DNA from: an uncultured virus (IMG/VR IMGVR_UViG_3300024518_002726)
Lineage: Duplodnaviria; Heunggongvirae; Uroviricota; Caudoviricetes; Crassvirales
Reading direction: 5' to 3' (one strand)
Length of the DNA: 30,638 nt
Virus record (IMG/VR): IMGVR_UViG_3300024518_002726
The notes under the pieces were generated by a model. It worked only from the letters and a program-made list of their open reading frames with translations. It had not been told where the DNA came from and ran no database searches. Positions 17,962 to 27,828 of this stretch are shown here, piece by piece; position 1 is the stretch's first letter; each line of letters starts with the position of its first letter. Both the position numbers and the translations under genes were made by a program.

Positions 17962-17986
17962 TGATGGGAGATTGTCTCTCCCATCA
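17962..17986 (-). promoter_or_regulatory. Perfect 10-bp hairpin after the MCP stop (mRNA stabiliser or attenuator)
   Basis: TGATGGGAGA-TTGTC-TCTCCCATCA; no U-tract follows on the minus strand. Confidence 0.55.
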
Positions 17987-18006
17987 AAGGCTGTAAGCTA
18001 AACTTG

Positions 18007-19425
18007 TTAGCTCGCAACACATTGCAAGTCGAGACTCGTATCAAACCTGCGAAGCAGTACGTGTCCCATCTTCAGGAAGTGTACCGCTGCACCGTCAATA
18101 TCACTCGCCCGAAGGTTACTCCCTTGATCGAATCCCCTTGGAACTGTCGAACCAGCAACGGCCCAACGTAGGAACTCTCGACCTTTCTTGTTAACCATCG
18201 TGAGGTTAGACTCACCTTCGTAGTTAGAGTTATCAAGGAAGACCATACGATAACTTTCAAGAGGAAGTCCCGATGTCGGATGCTTTTCTCCTGCTTCAGC
18301 AACCACGCCATGATCAAACAGCGGGTTGTAAGTAAGCCGTATGGTATACCCGTCAATGTGCTCATACGTGGTAAAGTAGCCCGTCAACGTGAGTTTACGA
18401 CCAGAACCTGTAACGAACTTACCATCATTCAACTGCTGGTATACGTTAGAGGTCAGTTCATCTTTCATTGCACGGTCAAACTCTTCCATACCACCAGTAC
18501 CCGTCATAAGGTCAACAACCTTATTTCGAGCATCGGTCATACCGAAGAACACATCTCGAAGTGTACTCTTCATCTTACCATGAGTAAGCTGTGAGTACGT
18601 ATCCTTGTTGATGATCTGCTGAAACATTCCGGGAGGAACAACAACGGGTTGTCCATTCTCATCCTTCATTCCAACTTCTCCACTGGCGTTATAGGTCTGC
18701 TCACCGTACCAGTAGAACATCTCACATTCTTCCTTCCAGTTCATCATATGCTGCCACTCTTCGAAATCCATCCAAAGATTGGTAAGCCGACCATCAACTG
18801 GAAGTTGAACGTCCATTACGAAGTCTTTCGCATTCCCCGAAAGTTGGTAACTCTTACGAACCGTTCCCAACTTCTGGCGAATTTTACCCGGTGCATACCA
18901 GTTACTGGCATTTCCACGCGACCAATCGGTACCTACAGGAGCAAACAGTTGCCCAAATAGACTTCCTTCTACCAGATCTGCCTCTGGTAGACTAGCTGCC
19001 GGGTCAGGATTAATGAGACGTACAGGATAGATATAGTTACTACCCTGTGGTGTAGGATCACCCATGATCCGTACTTGAACTCCACTCTTGGAGATAAGGA
19101 CGTAATCCTTGATGAACCATTTGTCAGTGAACGGGATATAGAATAGAGCACCACCTACACCCTGAGCGTTAGCAACGGTGCTAGCAACAGGACGGACTCT
19201 ACGTACCCGTGTTTTTACATTATACTCATACTCAAGGCGATCAATACTCTTGGTATTGCCAACGCCTTCCGTGAGCATAGTAAGAGGGAATCGCTGGCTT
19301 TCCTTTCCACCAAGATACGTAAGTACCGGAGAGAGTTTGGTTGGGTTAGCTAGCAACGCTCTTGCCAAACTATTCATGTCAGTCATTTGACTGTCACTAT
19401 AGTAAGTTTTGGAAAGGGTAGCCAT
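18007..19425 (-). CDS. Major capsid protein (crAss type, HK97 fold)
   Basis: 472 aa: MTDMNSLARALL..P..LSPVLTYLGG...FPLTMLTEG, RKSYQLSGNA, TGTGGMEEFD, GYFTTYEHIDG, HPTSGLPLESYRMVFLD. Confidence 0.92.
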   Translation of the reverse strand: MATLSKTYYSDSQMTDMNSLARALLANPTKLSPVLTYLGGKESQRFPLTMLTEGVGNTKSIDRLEYEYNVKTRVRRVRPVASTVANAQGVGGALFYIPFTDKWFIKDYVLISKSGVQVRIMGDPTPQGSNYIYPVRLINPDPAASLPEADLVEGSLFGQLFAPVGTDWSRGNASNWYAPGKIRQKLGTVRKSYQLSGNAKDFVMDVQLPVDGRLTNLWMDFEEWQHMMNWKEECEMFYWYGEQTYNASGEVGMKDENGQPVVVPPGMFQQIINKDTYSQLTHGKMKSTLRDVFFGMTDARNKVVDLMTGTGGMEEFDRAMKDELTSNVYQQLNDGKFVTGSGRKLTLTGYFTTYEHIDGYTIRLTYNPLFDHGVVAEAGEKHPTSGLPLESYRMVFLDNSNYEGESNLTMVNKKGREFLRWAVAGSTVPRGFDQGSNLRASDIDGAAVHFLKMGHVLLRRFDTSLDLQCVAS

Positions 19426-19444
19426 TGTTGTTATTGGTTAGTTG

Positions 19445-20578
19445 TTACTCCTCCTGATACAGATCCTGCTTTTCCCAATCGACTTCATCTACATTAACAG
19501 GTGTGGAGTCTTCTTTAACTCCTTTTAATCTGCTCTCTTGGGTCTTGCCTTTCAATCTGTCTCTAAGGTTTTCCTTATTTAATGATCTTGCTTTTTTGGT
19601 TATGAGATCACTAAGATCGAATTTCTTATAGCTCAGAAACCAACTTGCTATCAGTTTGTCTCTATCGTCTTTACTTCTGCTTAGTTCTCTTTGATCAAGG
19701 ATCAGTTGACTTACTCCTTCTCCTTCTACAATAGCAGAGATGTATTCAAAGAAGCCTTTCTTCTCGTCTTCAGGGATTGCGACACCTGAAAAGACATTTC
19801 CTCCATTAAGTTCTTCTTCAATACCATCCCAATAATCAACTACTTCTTGTTCTTGTTGTTTAGCTATATTCTGCTGATCAGTTAGGAGATTATCCTTAGC
19901 TTCTTCTTGTTGTTTCTGTAATACACTAAGAGCTAGTTTGGATTCATCTTGTAGGAGACCCGCCGCTTTGATCCTTTGCACAGCATCTTGAACTGTCTGA
20001 TCATCATGACCATCTTGCTTAAGCTTAATACTAAGCATACGTTCCTGAAGTCCTTCATCTGAGTCCGTAAGTTGAACTTCAGAGAAGTCTGTCTCAGGGA
20101 AACGTGTTTCCAAGAATCTATTAGGATCTCCCCCGGATCTAAGGAAATCGTAGTACTCTCTAAGGTGTGGAAATTGATCAAGGGTAGACTCGACGTGCTG
20201 AGTTGCAATTTGAACTGCCGACTCTTTAACGAGACCGACAATACCCTCAACGCTGTCTTCGAATTGTACATCTTCCCCGAACTCAATGCCTAGAAGTTGT
20301 TGAACCTCTTCTATAAGCGGTGGAGGTTCACCATCTTCTGTTTCCTCTTCTACCTTAGTTTCATCTTCTACTGTCTCATCTGGACCAGAAGACTCTTCTT
20401 CTTCAGCAGGAACGTCAGTTTGGCTCTCCTTACCTTCCTCTTGAGTTTCACCCTCAACAATCGGTGTCTCTTCCTCTGCGATGATATCATCTAGCGAGAG
20501 ATTTTCAAGATTTGGACTGAAAGGTTCGTCCGGGGTTTCTGACGCTTGTTTTACTGCTTCCTGTGCTGGTGTTAGCAT
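19445..20578 (-). CDS. Acidic scaffold-like protein upstream of the MCP
   Basis: Glu/Asp-rich disordered N-terminus, helical C-terminal half; conserved position in crAss-like phages. Confidence 0.65.
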   Translation of the reverse strand: MLTPAQEAVKQASETPDEPFSPNLENLSLDDIIAEEETPIVEGETQEEGKESQTDVPAEEEESSGPDETVEDETKVEEETEDGEPPPLIEEVQQLLGIEFGEDVQFEDSVEGIVGLVKESAVQIATQHVESTLDQFPHLREYYDFLRSGGDPNRFLETRFPETDFSEVQLTDSDEGLQERMLSIKLKQDGHDDQTVQDAVQRIKAAGLLQDESKLALSVLQKQQEEAKDNLLTDQQNIAKQQEQEVVDYWDGIEEELNGGNVFSGVAIPEDEKKGFFEYISAIVEGEGVSQLILDQRELSRSKDDRDKLIASWFLSYKKFDLSDLITKKARSLNKENLRDRLKGKTQESRLKGVKEDSTPVNVDEVDWEKQDLYQEE

Positions 20579-20668
20579 TTCTGTTGCCGTTTAAAGTAAG
20601 GGTTTTTTCTCTAAGTGTAAAGAGAACTTATACAATGACAGAGACTAGATCATATAGTAAAGCACTCT

Positions 20669-23026
20669 TTATTGTGATTTCGATTGCTTCGAAATCCTCT
20701 TTGATTCAAGTTTCAATTTACTCTTATCAATTTTATCTTTCTGAGCTAGTTTCTCTCTATCTAGCCTCTGTTGTTTGGTCAACTTCTCTCTTTCCCAATC
20801 AATTCTCATCCCAGTTTCTTCAACTTGATCCATCGCTTCGAATATATCAGGTACTCCAGACTCATCTGCATCTACCTTATATATGCTATCCTCTCCCCCT
20901 CCAGATGCTTCAGCCCTTATTGTAGCGACCTGAATTTCAGTATCACGATCTTTCTGCTTCTCAACAGCTTCAAATTGCTGACGACTATCCTCAATTTTAG
21001 CTTCGTGTTCACGCTGCTCTTGAGCAAGTTGTTGCTCTTGTTCTCTGAGTTGTTGTGCAGTATCATCCAGACTTCTCATCTGCTCTTTAAGCTGAGAGAA
21101 ACTGGTAGCATCTACAATACTGGCAATGATAGATAGGGGAGTTCCTTGTTGTTGAGCTATCTGACTTGCCAGAGCCTTCATTACATTTATCTTATCGCTC
21201 TCTTTTCCACTCTGAGTAATTTTGATTCCATACTCAGTTTCCATATGCTGAGAACCTTCAAGATTCAGATAACCTCTGGAAGAATCAGAAAGAACATATT
21301 CTCCTTTCTTACCATTTATCCAAGCTATCTTAGACACATCAAGAAGTCCTTTCAATTCCCTCTCTTCAAACTCAGCATACTTCATGAACAGGTCCTCTGT
21401 TATATGAGAGGACTGAACAAGAGCTTGCTCAGTAACAGCCTTACCCTCATATGGTCCAGTGGTCCCTTTACGTTGTCGAGAGACACCAGAGAGGCGTTCC
21501 CACTGAATCTCGATCATTTCTAACAGCTTTACATACTGGTCAAGATTCTTAATGCTAAGGTCTATAACGCTCTTGTGTGTTGGATCTATAGAGGGATCAC
21601 CTTCTTTCCTCTGAGTCCAAGCTATACCCATTGCATCTATATGATACATGAACGTGTCCATATCCCAATCAGAAGGGATCATGTTCTTGTCCAGATGCAT
21701 GATGGCTTCCTTGGCCTTGGCTACAGCAACCTCAAGTCTAAAATGATAGATATTGTAGAGTTGTTGGAAAGGCATACCCAACATCACAAGAGAAATAGGT
21801 GCTGAGTTCACCTCATTATATGTCCTACCATTCATAGGTAGTTTACAGATACTGGGGTTGTCTAGAGAGTTGCGTTGTGGATCGAAAGGTCCTATTCTTT
21901 TATAGTACTTCTCAGCTATCCTTGAACCTTCCCAAACCTCATTAACCCAGAACCAATCTATTCTATCGTCAGGTGTAGGTTTATATGTATCATCTACCTC
22001 TTCTACAAATACTTCTCCTGATTCTTCATCTATATGTGTAAGAAAGCCTATCTTCTTCATAGCCTTCCAATACACCTTTATAACTTCTATCAGTCTGTTG
22101 TTATGTCTACCTTTATCTAACCTATCATCAGAATAACCCTGATCTAGATCTGTAGCGAAAAGAAAGTCATATGTATCCTGACCACGCAATTTCTCAAGAT
22201 CTGTTATCTCTAAAGGAGTAAGATCCTCATAGAACTCATCTATTACATCAGACAAATGACAGAGCCTACGGTCTGCTGCCCACTCTCCATCTTCTATAAA
22301 CTCTGTATCAGGAGACTTATCATAATCTATCTCAATAGGATTACGTACTTTGTACCTTACCTCATCTCCTATTACCTGCTTCTCTGTAACCACCATTCCG
22401 CTGACAAGGAAGTGAAAGAAGCCCTTACGAAATTTTCTAGGTATTTCGGCGTGATCCTCTAAATAATTTAGGCTCTCCTGTCCAGCGATGGCACGAGTAT
22501 CAGTATAATCACGCTCAAACGTCTTTATAACCGACTCAGGCGGCTCCACATTTCCGGCTTCTTCGCTAGTATCTATTCCCAGACGCCGAAGTTCATTTAT
22601 AAAGTTTTCTGTGAGGTTTTGTACCAGTATCTGCTTCTGTTGCTCTTCCCTTTTAGATATCACATCTGGGTTACTAATAGTAACTACATAATTAAACGGT
22701 CTATTAGCCTTCTCTCCAAGGAGAAGATCTATAGAAGGTTTGATTATATTGTAGTTCTCTAGTTTAGCTGGCATGTTCTTACGCTTCTTCCCATATGGTC
22801 TAAGCACATGGGAATAATCGTTCATGTCAATTCTTCCACTATAGTAGTCATATGACTTTTGAGTAAGATGACTAAGTGAATGGAAGAAGTTCTTTCCAAA
22901 GAAAGAAAGACCTATAATTGCTTCAACAGTCTCTTCCTGCCACTTCTTGCTATTCTTCTTAGCAGTACTGGCCCTTTGGGGTGGCATCTGGACTATAGTA
23001 CGTAGGGAATCTGTTGTAATAGCCAT
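20669..23026 (-). CDS. Portal protein
   Basis: 785 aa: PPQR..KKNSKKW, PAKLENYNIIKPSIDLLLGE, WFWVNEVWEG, KLPMNGR, PFQQLYNI, SGVSRQRKG and a C-terminal coiled coil; directly after TerL. Confidence 0.92.
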   Translation of the reverse strand: MAITTDSLRTIVQMPPQRASTAKKNSKKWQEETVEAIIGLSFFGKNFFHSLSHLTQKSYDYYSGRIDMNDYSHVLRPYGKKRKNMPAKLENYNIIKPSIDLLLGEKANRPFNYVVTISNPDVISKREEQQKQILVQNLTENFINELRRLGIDTSEEAGNVEPPESVIKTFERDYTDTRAIAGQESLNYLEDHAEIPRKFRKGFFHFLVSGMVVTEKQVIGDEVRYKVRNPIEIDYDKSPDTEFIEDGEWAADRRLCHLSDVIDEFYEDLTPLEITDLEKLRGQDTYDFLFATDLDQGYSDDRLDKGRHNNRLIEVIKVYWKAMKKIGFLTHIDEESGEVFVEEVDDTYKPTPDDRIDWFWVNEVWEGSRIAEKYYKRIGPFDPQRNSLDNPSICKLPMNGRTYNEVNSAPISLVMLGMPFQQLYNIYHFRLEVAVAKAKEAIMHLDKNMIPSDWDMDTFMYHIDAMGIAWTQRKEGDPSIDPTHKSVIDLSIKNLDQYVKLLEMIEIQWERLSGVSRQRKGTTGPYEGKAVTEQALVQSSHITEDLFMKYAEFEERELKGLLDVSKIAWINGKKGEYVLSDSSRGYLNLEGSQHMETEYGIKITQSGKESDKINVMKALASQIAQQQGTPLSIIASIVDATSFSQLKEQMRSLDDTAQQLREQEQQLAQEQREHEAKIEDSRQQFEAVEKQKDRDTEIQVATIRAEASGGGEDSIYKVDADESGVPDIFEAMDQVEETGMRIDWEREKLTKQQRLDREKLAQKDKIDKSKLKLESKRISKQSKSQ

Positions 23027-23028
23027 GA

Positions 23029-25122
23029 TTATGCAAATAGTTCTCGTGCAAAGAACTCATCTATTTTATTCTGTGTCTTAGCAATAACTTCCCTATGGGT
23101 CAACTCTTTAACATGATACATAGCTATCATAAGAGCCATCACCCTGTCAAAGTTACCATCCTTGTTATACTTGATAAGTTCCTGAAGAAGAGCAGGATCA
23201 AGTATAGTATGCAATATCTTTATGGGGTCCTTATTGTCATCAGTTGATATCTTGGTATTCAACCAATCACGTATGTACAATTCTCCCTGACTTTTTCTAT
23301 TAGGAGTCATGTGCATACCATAATTCCTCTTCACCTTACTAGAAGCAAGTTGCTTCTTATCTAGCATCTTAAACTCCTCTTCCAGCAAGTACAACATGTG
23401 ATGTCGCCTAGCATATGCTATGACATCGCCACGGTCATTCTCAAAACCTATCTTTGCATTGTAGTATTTAGCAAGAGCAAAGAGATTTCTATTGTAGTCA
23501 TCCTGAGTACTCGGTCTACCAACATACCAAGCAACAATAGCATCATTATAGGTCCTGCTAAAATTGTTGGTCATCTTGAGTACATACGCTGCACCAAGAG
23601 AGTTTCCAGTACTCTGATCATGAGCATACGGGTCATGACCTACTATATATAGTCCGTGGGGTACAGTACCCCCAATCTTAACAGGAGTCTCCACCACACA
23701 GGTTGCACCTGTAAGATTCTGATGTGCTTTTGTGGGATAGTCCAGTACAGGTTTGGGAAGAGGAGAGGGGTGGAATTGAATTTCTCCTTTAGAGTCTTCT
23801 ATAAGAAGTCCGTGGAGTGCAGACTTATAGACCCCTGTGAGGTTGATATGGTTAAGCTGAATGTTGAGTTCGTGGGTGGGAAAGAGATTAGCACTTACCC
23901 TGAGAGTTGCTTCCTGTGGAGTAAAGGGATTCTCTGAAGTTTCCTGCTCAAGAGCACGAGAGTCTCTAGCCTTCTTCTTTATCTCTCGTACACCCTGTAG
24001 GTACTCCTTGGCATTTACTGAATAGGAATTACCATCTCCATCCATATATCCTTCCCAGTTCTGATATGCAGGAAAGAAGAAAGCACTTTTAGTACCAGCT
24101 TTACCATCATCCCAGATATTCTCCATAGGTAGGATGTTATATGTATCTGGGTCATAGAACATTGATTCCAGTCCTTCATAATCAGCTTCTTCTGTTCCAC
24201 CAGTACCATATGCTATCATAGTACCAATCACAAAAGAACCCTGTTCTACAGAGTTTTTACATATAACCCAGACAGGTAGAAGGTTTGGGAATTTACCAGC
24301 CTCCTCAAAAAATATCAGATCTCCCCTCTTACCTCTAGCTTTCTGAGGGTTATTCTTGGTAGATACACCAATTATCTGATTGTTACGACCTCTTTCAACA
24401 TCAGTACCTCCTATCACTACCTTATAACCAGCCCTCTTGTGCATCTCAGTATCTTTAAGTCTGGGCTGTCTCCATGCAGTATTATGATCTATAAAGTTAA
24501 CTGTATCAAATGCCTTGGTTAAAAGACCATCCTCTACTAGATAAGTCTTATCGTCTGCCAGTGCGTAGTTCTTGGATTCTCGACCAAGGTTGAAGTTTCT
24601 GGCAAGCATTGATCCTCCCTTATAAGAGAACCCTTTCCCTCTAGCCTTCAGTATTGCGAAGTGCTTCCCCCCATCTAAATGATCGGGATCTATGTTTACC
24701 TGAAGATCTAGACCTTTATATATAGCAATCTTCTCTTCCCTACTCAGAGTAAGTCTTAGATCATCTTTCTCCTTAATAGAATAGTAGTCAGGGTGGAGAA
24801 TACCGTACTTCGCTATCTCTAGCGCCCAGAAGTAGTTGTAATCACCATCCCAGAAAGCAGGTAAATGCAGACTTTTACTTGCTCCTTTCTGCTTGGTAAT
24901 TAGGTACTTATCCTCTACTCGGAGGATAGGGGAGAAGTTCAGATAGAAGTAGTGGTATCCAGTGATACGCATCCCACCGACGCTATAGCCTTCCATACAG
25001 CGTCTCTCCTGCTCGTCCCAGTAGTCAAAGTACTCTTTCGTTCCCGGAACCGCTGCCGTGTAGTACTTGTTCGTCTCGAAGTGCAGAGCAGGACGACGGA
25101 ACTCCTCTGTATTCACATACAT
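23029..25122 (-). CDS. terL: Terminase large subunit
   Basis: Walker A-like LKARGKGFSY, Walker B LIFFEEAG, GTGG coupling motif, nuclease motifs GHDPY and DRVMA; N-terminal ITGYHYFYLNF. Start moved to ATG 25122 because the ORF-track start (25179) lies inside a terminator. Confidence 0.95.
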   Translation of the reverse strand: MYVNTEEFRRPALHFETNKYYTAAVPGTKEYFDYWDEQERRCMEGYSVGGMRITGYHYFYLNFSPILRVEDKYLITKQKGASKSLHLPAFWDGDYNYFWALEIAKYGILHPDYYSIKEKDDLRLTLSREEKIAIYKGLDLQVNIDPDHLDGGKHFAILKARGKGFSYKGGSMLARNFNLGRESKNYALADDKTYLVEDGLLTKAFDTVNFIDHNTAWRQPRLKDTEMHKRAGYKVVIGGTDVERGRNNQIIGVSTKNNPQKARGKRGDLIFFEEAGKFPNLLPVWVICKNSVEQGSFVIGTMIAYGTGGTEEADYEGLESMFYDPDTYNILPMENIWDDGKAGTKSAFFFPAYQNWEGYMDGDGNSYSVNAKEYLQGVREIKKKARDSRALEQETSENPFTPQEATLRVSANLFPTHELNIQLNHINLTGVYKSALHGLLIEDSKGEIQFHPSPLPKPVLDYPTKAHQNLTGATCVVETPVKIGGTVPHGLYIVGHDPYAHDQSTGNSLGAAYVLKMTNNFSRTYNDAIVAWYVGRPSTQDDYNRNLFALAKYYNAKIGFENDRGDVIAYARRHHMLYLLEEEFKMLDKKQLASSKVKRNYGMHMTPNRKSQGELYIRDWLNTKISTDDNKDPIKILHTILDPALLQELIKYNKDGNFDRVMALMIAMYHVKELTHREVIAKTQNKIDEFFARELFA

Positions 25123-25149
25123 GGCGTATAATCTAAGTGACTTTATACC

Positions 25150-25184
25150 AAAAAACAAGGGGAGGTTATATATAACCACCCCTC
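25150..25184 (-). terminator. Terminator-like palindrome upstream of terL
   Basis: Minus strand AGGGGTGGTTATA-TATAACCTCCCCT followed by TGTTTTTT. Confidence 0.65.
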
Positions 25185-25213
25185 TATTTCTATTACAAAA
25201 AACTATATACGTC

Positions 25214-25789
25214 CTATGTATTATACTTCGATAGTGTTACACCTCTTCTTACATCGACTCCACGGCTCTTATGTTTTTCTGCTTCCTCTCTGAGCTTCTC
25301 CAAATTCTCAACTACAGGACCTAGACCTTTAAGATTTGTAATCAAGTCCTTAGCAGAGTATACAGGTCTCTTCATACTATCCATCTTCTTTAGATCTACT
25401 TCCTCAAAGTAGTCTATTAGCTTAAATACACCTGTATATGCTGCTGCAAGAAGACGCTCATGGATACTCCTGTTAATTTCTATATACTTTTCTACAGCAC
25501 TAGCAAGTTGCTCATCACCTTCTAAATTCCATCCTTCAGGATAACCTAGATCTCTACCGAGATGTTCTTCTCTAGCGTCTTCCGCATAAGAAGTATAAGG
25601 AGACTCCAAGTCCGAAAAGAAATATACAAAGGCCAGATCTCTCTTAGCCTGTAGTTTCTTTCTTCCTTGAGAGTCTCCTGTAGATCCTCTATCCCTTTTG
25701 ATGAGAGCTTTGAACTCTCCTATCTCTAAGGTTAAAGGACTGATTTGGACAACTAGACCGTCCTCTATACGATTGGACAGTAGTTTCAT
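25214..25789 (-). CDS. Conserved crAss-like TerL-adjacent protein (candidate small terminase)
   Basis: EFKALIKRDR...AKRDLAFVYFFSDLESPY...LLAAAY..V.KLIDYF; helical. The TerS role is inferred from position only. Confidence 0.6.
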   Translation of the reverse strand: MKLLSNRIEDGLVVQISPLTLEIGEFKALIKRDRGSTGDSQGRKKLQAKRDLAFVYFFSDLESPYTSYAEDAREEHLGRDLGYPEGWNLEGDEQLASAVEKYIEINRSIHERLLAAAYTGVFKLIDYFEEVDLKKMDSMKRPVYSAKDLITNLKGLGPVVENLEKLREEAEKHKSRGVDVRRGVTLSKYNT

Positions 25790-25938
25790 TGAGGCTTTCT
25801 ACGCCAGAGATGTTTGAACTCTGGATAACCTCTATCTCCACCCCTACCTTTCCTATAGATAATCCAGTTTCTTCGTGCTATATACCATGAGGCATAGCTG
25901 GCAGCAAAGCCCATAAGTAGAGCTACAAGTTCACTCAT
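25786..25938 (-). CDS. Small membrane protein, 50 aa (below ORF-track cutoff)
   Basis: MSELVALLMGFAASYASWYIARRNWIIYRKGRGGDRGYPEFKHLWRRKPQ; fills the gap and has an ATGA overlap with the next gene. Confidence 0.6.
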   Translation of the reverse strand: MSELVALLMGFAASYASWYIARRNWIIYRKGRGGDRGYPEFKHLWRRKPQ

Positions 25939-25942
25939 AACA

Positions 25943-26152
25943 TCAGTTATAGTTTACTTCGTAGACGATGGAGGTCACGTCTATGATCGTCCGATTGAAA
26001 ACTTCTCTACCATCAAGTTCAATTACAAGTCGTTTTCCCCCGAAGCAGAAATCTTCTTGGATTTTGAGTCTTCCTTGATTGATGAGAGCTTCTTTGTCCG
26101 ACACTCTAAATCCGTGTCTCGTGAGTTGCTCGTTGATCATTTGGGTGAACAT
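25943..26152 (-). CDS. Hypothetical protein
   Basis: 69 aa, co-directional, tightly packed. Confidence 0.55.
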   Translation of the reverse strand: MFTQMINEQLTRHGFRVSDKEALINQGRLKIQEDFCFGGKRLVIELDGREVFNRTIIDVTSIVYEVNYN

Positions 26153-26603
26153 TTTCTAACCCTCCTGCCGGGAGTGATTCTGCGATTCCGGCAAATCGGT
26201 CTTGGGCGATTGTAACTTTGGTCCATGCTTGTTCTAACGCTATGAACGACCAGAAGTTACAACCTTGTTCCCCCATTTTCAAGTGAATTGTTTCTATTTC
26301 TTTAATAATTACGTAGAAATCCCTAATGACTCGTTCAAAGAACATTTTTCGTCCTTTGGCATCACCCGGATAGATTCTGTATTTCTCTACGACCTCAATA
26401 CCCGGCTCACGTCTGTTAAAGATTTTGTAGAAACACAACCTGAGATAAAAATGAGCTTCAAGTAAATCAATCCTTCCCTTCCCTCCAGAAAAGGTAGAAT
26501 CTAGAAGTGCTGAATAGTACTTCTGCAACCTACTGAGTAGGTCCCGGATTTTCTCCTCTATTTCCACCATAAGAGGTATATCCTTCTTCTTGGAATAGGC
26601 CAT
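26106..26603 (-). CDS. Hypothetical helical protein
   Basis: 165 aa, co-directional. Confidence 0.6.
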   Translation of the reverse strand: MAYSKKKDIPLMVEIEEKIRDLLSRLQKYYSALLDSTFSGGKGRIDLLEAHFYLRLCFYKIFNRREPGIEVVEKYRIYPGDAKGRKMFFERVIRDFYVIIKEIETIHLKMGEQGCNFWSFIALEQAWTKVTIAQDRFAGIAESLPAGGLENVHPNDQRATHETRI

Positions 26604-26615
26604 GCTCTTTATCTA

Positions 26616-26909
26616 TTATAGAGGTTGCATCTCTCTAGCTTTTTCCATCGCCTCTGCATGTTGTCTGGTAAACTCCTTATCCCTCATATATATAAATTCA
26701 TCTAATCTATGAGGATTTATTGCGTCTAACGTAACTTTAGATGTAAGCCAACTAGTAGTAATCACTCTTCCATTTATAGTATCCCATATTCTTCTATATC
26801 TATCTCCATCAACAAACTCTTCAACATCTCCACTTAGTGGTCTCTTTTTCTTCCCATCAAATAGAGGATTATGTTCTAGATTCATAGTATATCCAAAGTC
26901 TTCCATCAC
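26616..26909 (-). CDS. Hypothetical protein
   Basis: 97 aa; start overlaps the previous stop. Confidence 0.6.
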   Translation of the reverse strand: MMEDFGYTMNLEHNPLFDGKKKRPLSGDVEEFVDGDRYRRIWDTINGRVITTSWLTSKVTLDAINPHRLDEFIYMRDKEFTRQHAEAMEKAREMQPL

Positions 26910-27256
26910 TTCTTCCTACTCTTCAACTGGTGATTACGTTCATAAAGGAGAAGAATAGTATCTATTAACTCTAACATTAGCTCTTTAGTCACCTTAATAA
27001 CATCTTCTTGCCCCTCTATCTTCTTCTTAAACTCTTTTACATTTGACCACTTAACCATCCTCTTCTTCCTCACTCTATATTGATCTGGGTAAAACCTACC
27101 AAAGAAAGGGAGTCGTATACCCCTTTCAACTTGCGTAGACATAGCCTGAGATAGAAATCGAAACTGTGCTTCAACAGCCTCTTTAACCTTTCCGGGAGGT
27201 AGATCAAGCTCATTAGCTATCTCGTTATATATCTTTCTCCTTTGTATCTCCCTCAT
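26906..27256 (-). CDS. HU/IHF-like DNA-binding protein
   Basis: KIYNEIANELDLPPGKVKEAVEAQFRFLSQAM....IRLPFFGRF matches HU helices 1-2 and the I-x-L-x-x-FG-x-F strand. Confidence 0.75.
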   Translation of the reverse strand: MREIQRRKIYNEIANELDLPPGKVKEAVEAQFRFLSQAMSTQVERGIRLPFFGRFYPDQYRVRKKRMVKWSNVKEFKKKIEGQEDVIKVTKELMLELIDTILLLYERNHQLKSRKK

Positions 27257-27608
27257 ACGGCCAAAAGTTTCTAAAGATAGCTGGTACTTTCTTGTAAGCC
27301 TGTTTCCACTTCTTCATCTCCTGCACCCAATCTCTAATCCGTCTTATGAAATCATCTGGCTCCATCGAAACCCATCCTGATTCTCCACCCCACATCTCAT
27401 CAGATATAGCATCCATAACAGGATAGAGTTTATCTCTCTCCCTCTGTATCTGAATCCTATACGCACTCACCTCTTTCTTAAGCTCTAGAACTCTAAGAGG
27501 ACCTATATCTATTCCTTCATGAGCAAGCCATCTATCAATTGCATCTGCTTCAGGCCATGTGTAGCCACTTATCCTAGAATGAGTAAGGGCAAAGGGTTCT
27601 TGATTCAT
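27225..27608 (-). CDS. Hypothetical protein
   Basis: 127 aa, co-directional. Confidence 0.55.
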   Translation of the reverse strand: MNQEPFALTHSRISGYTWPEADAIDRWLAHEGIDIGPLRVLELKKEVSAYRIQIQRERDKLYPVMDAISDEMWGGESGWVSMEPDDFIRRIRDWVQEMKKWKQAYKKVPAIFRNFWPYEGDTKEKDI

Positions 27609-27828
27609 CTGTTAGTCTGATTTTACCTATAACATCACCATTGTATACAACATCTGCATCAAATGGTGCATCTCTGAAGGTCATGAGAGTAATTCTACCT
27701 TGTTGGGCTTCATAAAAGGTCTGTGAGTAGTCAAACCCTATGTTCTTCATAGAGTCAACAATGAGTCGTTCGACCTTATCATTCCACTGTTTATAGAGAT
27801 CAAAGAAGGTCATTGTCCTCCGGGCCAA
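27574..27828 (-). CDS. Hypothetical protein
   Basis: 84 aa; start may be at MTFF (27813, ATGA overlap). Confidence 0.5.
   Translation of the reverse strand: MARRTMTFFDLYKQWNDKVERLIVDSMKNIGFDYSQTFYEAQQGRITLMTFRDAPFDADVVYNGDVIGKIRLTDESRTLCPYSF

Noticed and set aside
18007..25122. Introns, inteins or homing endonucleases in terL, portal or MCP
   Set aside because: The ORFs are continuous and of ordinary size; no intein splice motifs or HNH/LAGLIDADG ORFs were recognised.
25123..25179. 19-aa N-terminal extension of TerL from the ORF track
   Set aside because: It starts at a GTG inside a terminator hairpin; the ATG at 25122 precedes the conserved N-terminus.
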